Part shown: piece after piece, positions 38,516 to 48,837 of the stretch
Layout: each line of letters starts with the position of its first letter
How positions within the stretch are numbered: the first letter of the stretch is position 1
Assembly (NCBI GenBank): GCA_043228905.1
Contig: JBHGNT010000022.1
Coordinates: 2,914,001-2,978,000, forward strand
Source: Azolla caroliniana
Lineage: Eukaryota > Plantae > Polypodiophyta
Direction of reading: 5' to 3'
DNA: 64,000 nucleotides
Notes under the pieces: generated by a model
The model's database searches: none
Seen by the model: only the letters and a program-made list of their open reading frames with translations
Told to the model about the DNA's origin: nothing
Position numbers and translations under genes: made by a program

Positions 38516-40638
38516 CTTGGAACAACATTTCGGAGAATATTCACTTACGGGAAAAGCTCATCGCATGCATGGAGGTCCCAATGAGTTCTTTTGGAACCTA
38601 GCCCATTTCCTCCTCGAGTACACCTGCATCCACGCAAACCCCTATGGCATGCCGGATAAAAAAGCAAGATTATTTATTACGGCTTACCGCGACAGAGCAA
38701 TTGATTGGGGAATCATCAGCAGGGAAGGTGTTCGAGCGGCCATCGCTTCTTTTTAATCGGGGAAATGATTTTGACCCATGCTAGCACAATACACTGTTGT
38801 GTTGTACCTTCCCCAAGCACAACCTCCATGACAGACATTGGCGCTCCCTGCTCCAACCCCTAGGGCTAAACGACAACGAACGTTGCAGTTGTCGCATGAA
38901 GAGTGGCAAGATGAAGATAACCAGGCCCTTTCCACAACCCCAGCTGAGCAAAACACCGAAGACGGGGACAACATCACCATACGCGGTCGTGATAAAACGA
39001 CACGGGCAATACCCTCACGCCGGCCGACGCCACCCTCGAAACCAACCAAACAGGCCGAACAACCAATGTCTGTTCTAGAGGTCCCACGGTTTGTGGAGAC
39101 CAAACGACAACAGGAGCATGAAAAACAAGCATCCCCAGAACCTGATCAGGCCGCAAAACACCGCTGCACCAACATTAACAGCACCACACAGACTAAGGAT
39201 GGAACGATGGATGCCACCAAACAATTGGTCATCATCCCGAAGGAAGCTACCACGATCATGACAACCACCACGCTGGATCCCAATAGACCTATTGTGCAAG
39301 GTCAACAATCACGATTTTCGGAGGATGAAGTATTAACCTTCCGCGATCTGCCAGGGGAAGCATTTGGACTCGGAGCACTTTTGCAACATGGCACGACATA
39401 CAAACTCATCGACTTTTTGGCTCATCTCCAAGTAGCTGTCGCGGCCCGCATGGCCCAAGAAAACGCCGAACAACAAGTCATAGAGAGGGCCTTAGACAAT
39501 GAGCCGGCTTCAAATGAGGAGCCGACTTCAAAAGGTTGGTCGCAAACGGGCCACAAAGAAACGCCGAACACGCATTGAGCTTCCACAACTCAACACGACG
39601 TTGGTCAAAGTTTACCAGCAATTGGACAGAGCGACGCGTGCCGCCAAAGACAAGGCTAACCGTAACAAGGAGGCAAGAAAACAAGCAAAAGTTGTCACAG
39701 ACCTATGGCAGACCTCTAAAGCACAACGGGTAGAATTAGAGCAACAGCTTCAAAAACGGGATCAGCCACCCCCCCTCCCTCTACCGCATCCCCCTTCTAC
39801 CTCCAAGGACCAATCAACACAAATGAACTTACCACACTGGCCTGAACAGACCATCACGACAATATAGACGGACCAGCCCGATGCGTGCGAAAGAACCAAC
39901 ACGGCCGATGAGACCATGCCTCCTTTGCCCTGTCAATCTAGCGACTACGACCGTGCAAACCGATGAAGATATTGGTGAAACTATTCGCCAATACAAAGAA
40001 GAGATTGCCTTGCACAAAGCCATTGTAGAAAAAGCGAAAGAATGCTACGAGGACGCACAAATGGAGGCCGTCAAAAGCAAGGAGAGAGCCATGCAGAAGG
40101 AAGCCGAACTTACGAAGGAGCTACAAGAAAAAATGACTAACGTCACGGAGACAAAATAAAAAGCGGTCGACTCTATTACGTCCTTATAGGACATTGCGAC
40201 CACACAAATCGCCTCACTAAACAAAGAACTCGTGGAAATGTAGGTAAGCTCAAGTCAATTTTTGCAAAAATACGAAGACGCCGAAAACGAGTGCATCTGG
40301 TTATTTAACAAGCTCGACAAACACGAATAGACGCACAAACAACACATAAAAGAACTGGAGGAGGTTAAAACACAGTTTAGCCAACGAATCGACACAGTAA
40401 CGGAGGAAGCAACGGCAAGGGTCAAGGCAGTCAATACATCTTGCGAAATTCTTACGCCGAAATTATGGCTCGACATAGAAAAGCCAAGCACGAGATGTTG
40501 GTTCTTCAAACAATGTACGACATACGGGAGGAACGCATCAATGCGTTAGTTATGAGGCAACGACAGATATTAAACAGGAAGGTCGATGAAATACTAGCTG
40601 TAGGTTGGAAGCAATGGTCGGCTCAAGCAGCGGAATAG
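38516..40638 (+). pseudogene. Decayed accessory ORF downstream of integrase (globular N-terminal part, low-complexity linker, long coiled coil)
   Basis: Chain of same-strand ORF pieces 38496-38756, 38838-39578, 39499-39867, 39881-40159 and 40441-40638 with heptad-rich E/K/Q sequence. Confidence 0.7.
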
Positions 40639-43490
40639 CAAATGGGTTAGGTGGTGCCGTTCCACGGTACGGTTTCAAGAGAAACCCGTTGACCCAATGC
40701 AGTAGTGCTTCGCCAGCTAGTGTGCCGCGTTGAAAGATGCCGTTGTACGTGTCAATGATCCAGAAAAGCCCTATCCACTGGAATCGAAGATTGTTGGTCA
40801 TAGACCCGAGTTTTGTTAGGAAAACTAGGACCGGCTGCCCGATTTCAAAAGTTTTGTCTGGTATCCGACAATGTCTATCGACGAAGGATTTCCTTCGTTT
40901 CTGTCCATGCTCCAATTGAGCCAGACTGACAATTCCTTGCTCTCCGAGTTCGAGTAATTGGACCAGAAGCTGGTGTTCGGATTCTGATTCCGGTAATCAT
41001 TCGGCTATTTGTACTCTCAAGTTGGGTACCTAGAATTCAATGGGCATTACGGCTTCTAATCTGAAAGCTAGCCGAAAAGGCGTTGAACCGATACTGGTTT
41101 TAAAGGTCGTGCAATAAGCCCATAAAGCACTGTGTAATTTATCGTCCCAATCCGTGCAATTCTCACTGATAGTTTTCTTAAGAATGGTCTCAAGGGTTTT
41201 ATTTGTGGATTTGGCATGACCATTAGCTTGGGGGTAGTACGGGGTGCTTTTCTTGCGTACGACGGTGTAGTGAGAGGTTAATTCGCGGACTCTTCGATTG
41301 ACGACGTGTCCTCCGTGATCACTTACTAGCTCGATTAGACAACTGAAATGGCACCATAATTTTTCGTAAATGAATTTTTCGGTTGATGCTGCCGTGTTAT
41401 CTCGAAGACCTTTTGCTTCGACCCATTTCGTACAGTAATCAGTTGCTACTAGTATATATTTGTTTCTGGTGCGTGTGGCGGCAGGTTTAAAAGGGCCTAC
41501 AAGTACAAAAATCGTGAGCATCCTTTTTCGTGGTTGGCCACCAGAGCCCACTCTGCCAGTTTTTCCGGGTTATGGTGTTACCTGCATAATGCTCGCCCGC
41601 GATTCCATGGTGATATTCCCGAAGTATGGCATCTTTCTCGAATTGTTGAACCGTGCACCTCCAGATGCCATCCGAGGCATTGTAATACAGTGTATTTGTG
41701 AATAAACAAAAATTATGGCTTCGGCTCTGCTAACCGTTTTCGAGCGTCAAGTGGGAGGTGGTATGGGGGAAGTCCCGTACTTAGGAATTGGGACATTTCG
41801 GTGATCCAGGCGTCATTAGGATCAGACTCGATGAGTGTTGTGTCGATGAAGAATAGGGCGGTGTTTGACAAGTCACCGCATTCCTGGTCCGGTGGTTCTC
41901 CTGTTTCCAAGTGGCTAAGGTAGTAGACAATCGCGTGTTGAACTCTTGGTCGGTGTTGAATCTCAAAATCGAACTTCTGAAGGAGCAACATCCATCGTGC
42001 TAACCAACCAGTTAGATCTTGCTTATTTACAAGGTAAAGTAGTGCCGAATGATCTATGTGGAACGTGAATTTTCGGCTGAGCAGATAATGCCGAAATTTT
42101 GTAATGCTATATATCATGCCGAGTGCTTCTCATTCCGTGGTGGAGTAATTCCTTTCTACTGGCGTAGTAGACTGGGTGATACCAATTGGGTGGGGTTTTC
42201 TGCATTAAAGCACTACCGATCGCGATATCGGATGCGTCCACGAATGTGTGAAAGGGCTCCGTCCAATCTGGGGGTTGGACTACTGGGGCTTGGGACATTG
42301 TGACTTTCAGTGATTGGTATGTCGTGCCTTCTCGTTCTATCCATTGAAAAGGCACTGTATGGACTGCTGCATGTAAAGGGGTCGCGGAATCGGCAAGGTA
42401 TCAGAGCATACGACTATGCCACCGTATTTGGCCCAGAAATCGGCTGAGTGGTTTGGCCGTAGTGGGGGCTGGGGCATTCAAGATGGCTTGCACTTTGTCT
42501 GCGTCCATAGCGATACCCTCTTTATTAACAATGTGACCTAACAAAGCTTCGCTCGTCACTTGGAAAGAACATTTGGCCGGATTGAGGCTGAGCCGTGCAT
42601 GCCGACATCTCTTGAGGCATAATCGTAATTGCGCAAGGTGTTCCAAGTGTTGTCCATAAACAACGAAATCATCAAGGAAGAGTTGCATAAAGGCTAGAAT
42701 GAAGTCCTCGAAGATTTCGGAGATTATGTGTTGAAATGTGGCGGGGGTTGTTTTCAAGCCGAACATCATTAGCACAGCTACAAATACACCCCATTCTGTT
42801 ACAAAGGTTGTTTTCTCATGATCATCCGGGTGCATGCGAATTTGGTTATAGCCACTGAAACCGTCAAGGAAGCTATAACAATCGTGGCCGGCCACCATAT
42901 CGAGGATGTTGTCAGTGAAGGGAAGTGGGAAGGCATCCGTGATCGTGATGACGTTAAGTTTCCGGTAATCCACACAAACCAGGATTTGTCCATTCTTTTT
43001 TGTGACGACCACAATAGGACTTAGCCATGTGGCCCTTTTTACCGGTCGGAGGAATCCTACACGTAGTAATTTATCTATTTCGTCTTTTACTTTTGCCACA
43101 TAGTTGGGATTCATACGGTATCGTCGTTGATGAATTGGTCGTGCGTCCATTTGAAGGTGTATCTAGTGTTGGTAGTACTAAGGATCTAGGCCTTTCATGT
43201 TGTCGTAGGACCATGTGAACATGTCCTGATACTCTGTAAGTAATCCTATTAAGGCGGATCTGTTGCTAGTTGCCAGGTCTTTGGCAATTTTAACGATGCG
43301 TGGCTCGGAAGGTGAGCCGAGGTTGACCTCTTCTAAGGTGGAGGCTTTTACACGCTGCGATATTGCTAATTCGCGGTCAAGTGCGTCACGGGTTTGTAGA
43401 AATTCTTTTATTGATGCCTGGTCGGGTTCGTGGGGAACTTCGTGATCGATGGCGTTGGCTATGTAGGGTTCGACAACCGTGACTCCTCCT
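40639..43490 (-). mobile_element. Athila-like pol fragment, copy B (RT-RH-IN)
   Basis: ORFs 42401-43150 (YSFLDGFSGYNQI, FLDDF), 41713-42355 (RH), 41030-41551 and 40550-40915 (IN core and C-terminus). Confidence 0.92.
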
Positions 43491-44330
43491 TACAACAACC
43501 CATTATACGCCGAAGGAGTCCATATGTTAGATGGTCTCGCAAAAGACGAGATCAACTCGTTCCTGGATGAGCTCCCTACGATAGTTTCACGAAGTTCCCC
43601 ACGAACCCGACCAGGCGTCAATAAAAGAACTTCTACAAGCCCGTGACGCACTTGACCGCGAACTAGCAATATCGCAGCGTTGTCGTGCCTTTCGGCTCCG
43701 GATCGTTGCGTGAGTCGGGTGGGAACCACAGAGGTCTTGGACTAGGAGAAAGAAGTTCGTGAGATAGAGATTAATTATGAGTAAATAGCAAAGAGAAAGA
43801 TAAGAAACTCGTGAATCACACGAGTATACTATATTAATTGGTACTTAGGGTGTTAAGAGAGAAGTAGATGTATAAATCGTGAATCCCACGAATAATTTTT
43901 GTATTGATTAATACTTAATCCAAATAATCAACAACCCTTTATATATTTCTCTCCTCCTTATATAAGGAAGGAAGAGCTAAGCATGGCTTCATGCTTTTTT
44001 TCATGTCCACTAAATGTGCATGTGATGCTTTTTTATTTCCTAAGTATAGGGCTCATGCACGCTAGATGTGCATGAGTTATTTTTAGTGTCTCGTGTTTTT
44101 TTTTTTTTTTCTTTTTCATATATTAAAAAAATACACGATTTACCTTTTAATAAAGGTATGCATAAATAAAGGTCTTATACGTATTAAATCTATATTTAAA
44201 ACACTTAAGATAAGTTAATGTAATGGTAAGGTTGGGGTTTGTCAATGTGGAGGTGCAGAGTTTGAATCACGCCCTGCGCAGTAGTGAGTATTTCCTTTTC
44301 TTTTTACATTTATGTCTCTTTATCCGGCTC

Positions 44331-44399
44331 TTCCTTGCCGGTATGCCGTTTTCTTCCTTGCCGGTATGCCGTTTTCCTCCTTGCCGGTATGCCGTTTTC
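44331..44399. repeat. Three 23-bp tandem repeats in LTR U3 (also at ~49499-49567)
   Basis: (T/C)TCCTTGCCGGTATGCCGTTTTC x3 in both LTRs. Confidence 0.9.
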
Positions 44400-44475
44400 T
44401 TCCGGTTCTCACCGAGCACTCCATTCTCTATCCGGAGGGACAAAAATATAATTTCCACATAGTGTGCAACCTACA

Positions 44476-46770
44476 CTACGACACTCGCCCCCTCCAAACC
44501 CGCACATCCTCCGGTATGTGCCGAAGTTCTTGATTCTTCGTATCCGTCTTCATCCGAAGCTTCTTCCTTCGGATCTCGGCTCTCCTTTCTTTATCATTGG
44601 TTGAATCCTCGACCTCTTGTAGCATCTTCCCGATCATCAAGGTTTCCCCCTCGTATTCTTCTTCCCGGAATTCTCGGATCACGTTCACTCGGCATATGTG
44701 TTCTGACGTGAAGTAGTCTTCGGAAACTTCTTCATTATCTGATTCGGTTATGTCGTCTTCAAACCGCGCCCTCGATAACATGTCCGCTACCGCGTTGTCC
44801 TTCCCCGAGATGTGTCGAACCTCCGGATTAAGTGACTTGACATATGCAATCCACCTTAGCATAGCCACATCCGGTATCGTACAACACCGCATCATCCCGA
44901 GTATCGGAAGACAATCCGTCTCGATCACCACTTCAGCTCCGATCAAATAATCCCGATCCGATTTTATCGCCGACACGACTCCCCACAATTCTCTTTTGAC
45001 TTGTGCATATCCGCGTTGCCTTTCGTTGAGGACCTTTGCTCCAAATCGGATCGGATACCGCGAACCATCCGAGTCGGCTTGATTGATGACCCACCCGATA
45101 CCGGTTGGACTTGTATCAACCGTTACTATGATTGGCCGCTCGTAGCTTGGCTTCTTAAGTGATTCCGCCCTCCATAGTGTCTTCTTGAGCTTCCTCATGG
45201 CTTTAGTGTGTTCCGGTTTCCACTCGAATTTCTTACCTTTCCGCAACAAGTGATAGAGCGGGTCCGCTATATGTGCATAGTGCGGAATCCATATGTGATA
45301 GAATGCACACGCACCCAGAAACCTTCGGACTTCCGATGTTGACTCACATACTTCCTTCATAGCTTGAATCGCATCGATCTTTGTTGGTGACGGTCTTCGG
45401 CCGTAGGGTCCACATAGATGTCCGACCACCAATATTTCTTCTTGCCCGAATGCCGATTTCTCCCCGGAAAGTGTTAGGTGCACATCTTCTAGCTTTCGCA
45501 ACACTTTCTCGCAATCATGAATATGGTCGACCACGAACTTTCGGCATCCCCAATCATCCATAGTCTCATCTTTTTCTTCCACCGCGCATCCTTTCATCGG
45601 AATGTCATCTAGAAACGGCATCGTTATCTCCGGGATGCAATCTCGAAGCACCTTGTTCATCGCGTTCATCATATGTGCAACCGAGTTTGTCGCTCCTTGT
45701 GGTAGTGTGCACATTCGAACTAGTCCTATCGGTGTCCGCATGGTAGTGATGTCTCGGCTCTCCACGGCTAGTTGGAATTGGTCATACCCCGAGTATAGGT
45801 CCCCGATGGAGTATATCGCACGTCCGGAAAAAGCTTCCGCGAATTCGTCCACTATCGGACCGACTCCCGAGTTCCGGATCGTGACCTTGTTCACCGGTTG
45901 CAAGTCTTGGATGAATCGGAGTGACCCATTCTTCTTCGGAACCGTAAACCATCGATTTGAGTACGGAGCACTTGATGGCTCTAGAATCCCCATCGCCACC
46001 TTCTCCTTGAGCAAGTCGATGACTTTCGGAATATGCGCCCGTGGCACCGGAATCGGCTTCAGGTTCCACGGTACATGATCAATCGTGAAAATCACCATCG
46101 GCTCCACTATCTTTGGATCAATGCATCCGATCTCCCTCGATGTGAACGCGAATGCTTTGCCATGTTGCTCCAACATCTCTCGAAACCGTTTTTCTTCTTC
46201 TTGTAAGAGGAACCCACCTCCACCGATCCGAAGTTTCTTCCGGGTCTCATCTGTGAAGGCATGTCCGATATCCACGGACTTCCGAAGTGTCGGATCTCCC
46301 GAGACTTCTTTCTTCTTTTGTTCGCTATCGGCGGGTAGTGGTCCTGCGGCCGGTTTCACCTTCTTCTCCACGGTCTTGTATTTCGTACTTACCATTGCTT
46401 CTTCTTTGCGGAGCGCATCCGGCCCCATTTTCGCAACGATCTCGTACATCTCGACCGATTCCACCGGGACTACCCGGTTCCCTTGGCTTTTATCTTCCGC
46501 AAGCTCTTCAAGCCGTTGTAGTGTATTCCCATAGAACACTTCCTCGATCACTCCCACGATTTCTTCGTCTTCTTTTATTATTGATGCCGACCGTAACTTA
46601 TCCTCCACTTGTCGGTATTGTTTCTTCATTCCTCCGGTTACGGCCGTGTACGTAGATGCCCCATCCGGGCCGATTCGTACTTGTTTTGCTCCGAGAGTTT
46701 TCTTCCTGTGTGGGGTATCAGGGCTTCTCGGACTATCACTTCCCCACTCCGCAACAGTCCGCTTTAAAAA
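44476..46770 (-). CDS. RT-RNase H polyprotein frame (no integrase), open from the frameshift site to the 3' LTR
   Basis: PYSNRWFTVPKKNGSLRFIQDLQPVN, DLYSGYDQ, LPQGATNS, PFLDD, VRRFLG, VDTSPTGIG, ERQRGYAQVKRELWG, IETDC, NAVADMLSR. The frame is open upstream of ATG 46629 to the slippery site. Confidence 0.9.
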   Translation of the reverse strand, partial: FLKRTVAEWGSDSPRSPDTPHRKKTLGAKQVRIGPDGASTYTAVTGGMKKQYRQVEDKLRSASIIKEDEEIVGVIEEVFYGNTLQRLEELAEDKSQGNRVVPVESVEMYEIVAKMGPDALRKEEAMVSTKYKTVEKKVKPAAGPLPADSEQKKKEVSGDPTLRKSVDIGHAFTDETRKKLRIGGGGFLLQEEEKRFREMLEQHGKAFAFTSREIGCIDPKIVEPMVIFTIDHVPWNLKPIPVPRAHIPKVIDLLKEKVAMGILEPSSAPYSNRWFTVPKKNGSLRFIQDLQPVNKVTIRNSGVGPIVDEFAEAFSGRAIYSIGDLYSGYDQFQLAVESRDITTMRTPIGLVRMCTLPQGATNSVAHMMNAMNKVLRDCIPEITMPFLDDIPMKGCAVEEKDETMDDWGCRKFVVDHIHDCEKVLRKLEDVHLTLSGEKSAFGQEEILVVGHLCGPYGRRPSPTKIDAIQAMKEVCESTSEVRRFLGACAFYHIWIPHYAHIADPLYHLLRKGKKFEWKPEHTKAMRKLKKTLWRAESLKKPSYERPIIVTVDTSPTGIGWVINQADSDGSRYPIRFGAKVLNERQRGYAQVKRELWGVVSAIKSDRDYLIGAEVVIETDCLPILGMMRCCTIPDVAMLRWIAYVKSLNPEVRHISGKDNAVADMLSRARFEDDITESDNEEVSEDYFTSEHICRVNVIREFREEEYEGETLMIGKMLQEVEDSTNDKERRAEIRRKKLRMKTDTKNQELRHIPEDVRVWRGRVS

Positions 46771-46773
46771 TCC
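46710..46773 (-). promoter_or_regulatory. Predicted -1 programmed ribosomal frameshift signal (slippery heptamer plus H-type pseudoknot)
   Basis: G_GAT_TTT (46773-46767) directly before the gag-pro TAA; 5-nt spacer; stem 1 CGGACTGTTGC/GTGATAGTCCG; loop GTGGGG pairs with CCCCAC (46715-46710); the -1 frame is the RT frame. Confidence 0.8.
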
Positions 46774-48803
46774 ATTCTCACTTGGGACAAGAGTTCCCTC
46801 TTGTTCCTTTCGTGATTTGCCGGCACCGTTAGGAATTGGACGGATTTCCCTCCGTTTTGGCTCCGAATTCGCGCAAAAGCCGCACCACTATCGAGCACCT
46901 TCGTCTCCATCCATGAAGCCGTGATAAAGGGTTGGCCGAGGATGACAGAATGTGAAACCTCATCCTGCACAAAGAAATTTTGGTCAATTTCGACATCCCC
47001 GATCTTTACCGTCACATCCGGACAAGCCGCAAATAGGTCTTCTGTCGTTTTCGTGGCTGCCCGAATCTTCCATCCATGGTTGGTGTTTATAGGCCACTTC
47101 CCCTTTCGGTAGAACTCCTTGGACATCAAGTTGATCTCCGATCCGTGATCAATCAATGCTAGCACGGGTTCTTTGATGTTGCCGATTCGGACCGGAGTCT
47201 CCGTAGTCGCACGTGCCCAGTGTGGCCTTGTATAGTGGGAGTTCGGAATTTCGCCTTCCACTTCGGTGTCGTTCATTGAAACGGTATTTGCATTCACCCT
47301 TGGAGCATTTTCCTCCGTACTTTGTCTCTTCCTTTTCACGAGATCCACGAGAAGATCGTGAAACTCCTTCTTCGCTATTCCGAGTAGTTCCCGCAGCGAA
47401 AAATCTACCCGGCTATCCAAAATTCTTTCCTCGAACACTCTTTTCAAGTCGGTTTGTTGTTCTATGTCCGAGGCGAGCTTGAATGCCGGAGTCGCCTTTT
47501 CTTTTCCCTTACCTCCGGAGTTCTAGCTTTCCGGTATCTTCGATGGTCCGGCCGCATCCTCCGTGCGCCGTCGTTTCTCGTCCACATACACCTCATGTAA
47601 TTGACACAGGGCGTATATGCTATTCTTGTCGACAGGGCACTCCCATCCCGTAGCTTCCCGGACGCCTTCCGCGGTGTTTCGGATATCGTTGGAGTCGGTT
47701 TTCTCGGTGTTTCCTAGCACCTCCGGCCAGAAAGACGCCTTCGCTCCCGATGACTCCCCGACACATATTCCCGCGGTTATCGCATAGTTGCTTCTTGCCG
47801 CTAACTCCTCCTCGAGCACCTTCTTCATGCCGTCTTTCCGGAAGTTCGGTCGGAGTGGCTTCCGAGAGTCCATCGAATGAATCCGGTTTCCCTCGTAGTA
47901 GATGAGATCCCGTCGTAGCGCCTCCTTATGGTCGTCGCAATCCCTCCGATCGTGTTCGGCGCTATCGCACCATATGCACCGTCGATCCGTATATTTGGAG
48001 CTTGTGGGGCGGTCATCCGACTTCTTCACCATCGCAATCTTTAGATTCTCCATCTCCTTCAGCAGCTGCTCCACCGTAGACGCGTCGACTCCCTTCTCGG
48101 CCGTAATCTCCCGAGCCCTCGGTTGATGGTCTTCCAGTCCCGTTCTCGGTTTCGGAATCGGTTCCGAAACCCTCTTTTCTTCGTTGGCAAGCCATTGCCC
48201 CCTCTTCGTGTACCGCGCGACGATATCCCGCACGCTTTCCCATGTTTCGGTGAGGCCGCTTTCGGTGGTCGTGTCCTCAAGAAGCACTCCGAGATCTTTC
48301 CGGTCCCGGACGTCCACAGCTCGCAAAAACATGATGACTTTGTCCGGTGCAAGAATAGTTTGATCTCTCGCGGACAACCTCCCGAACCGACTTTCGAATG
48401 TCGAAAACACTTCGAGGACCTTCAGCCCCTTACCTGACGTTTCCACCCAATCCTCGAATCCCCTCCGCGTTGCCTTGGAGGAGTCCTCGATGGCAAACGT
48501 GGTCTTTAACGCCTCTTCGAATGCTTCCCACGTCGGATTTTGTTGTTGCAACCCGTGGATACTCCCTTGAAGCCCGTCGGTCGCCACCTGGTTAAAGGAT
48601 GTCACTTGCAGTCCTTCCGAAGCCCGGCACCGGAGCATCTCCGCCTTGTAGTCCTGCAAATATCGCGACACATCCTTACCATTAAATTGCCCGTTGCGTT
48701 GCACGAGCCGCTCTACTGATGCCGAAATCTCCGACATCGTGCGTTGTTCTTGAAGCATCCGTTCGAACATCGCCATCATATTGTTAGCTTGTTGAGCCTC
48801 CAT
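46764..48803 (-). CDS. Gag-protease ORF (one in-frame TAG at 47523-47525)
   Basis: ATG 48803 just after the PBS; CCHC knuckle CIWCDSAEHDRRDC; protease ALIDHGSEINLM...VILGQPF in the same frame beyond the TAG. Confidence 0.85.
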
Positions 48804-48819
48804 CTCCTTGCCACCCGTC

Positions 48820-48837
48820 TTCACGTCGGGTTCACCA
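48820..48837 (-). promoter_or_regulatory. Primer binding site complementary to tRNA-Trp 3' end
   Basis: TGGTGAACCCGACGTGAA, 4 nt from the LTR and identical at 35551-35568; complementary to the plant cytosolic tRNA-Trp end ...TTCACGTCGGGTTCA-CCA as recalled. Confidence 0.8.

Noticed and set aside
45602-46924. Plus-strand ORFs of 90-160 aa
   Set aside because: Antisense shadows of the RT frame with no recognisable motifs.
48820-48837. tRNA-Trp gene fragment
   Set aside because: Only the 3' 18 nt including CCA, adjacent to an LTR; this is a primer binding site, not a tRNA gene.
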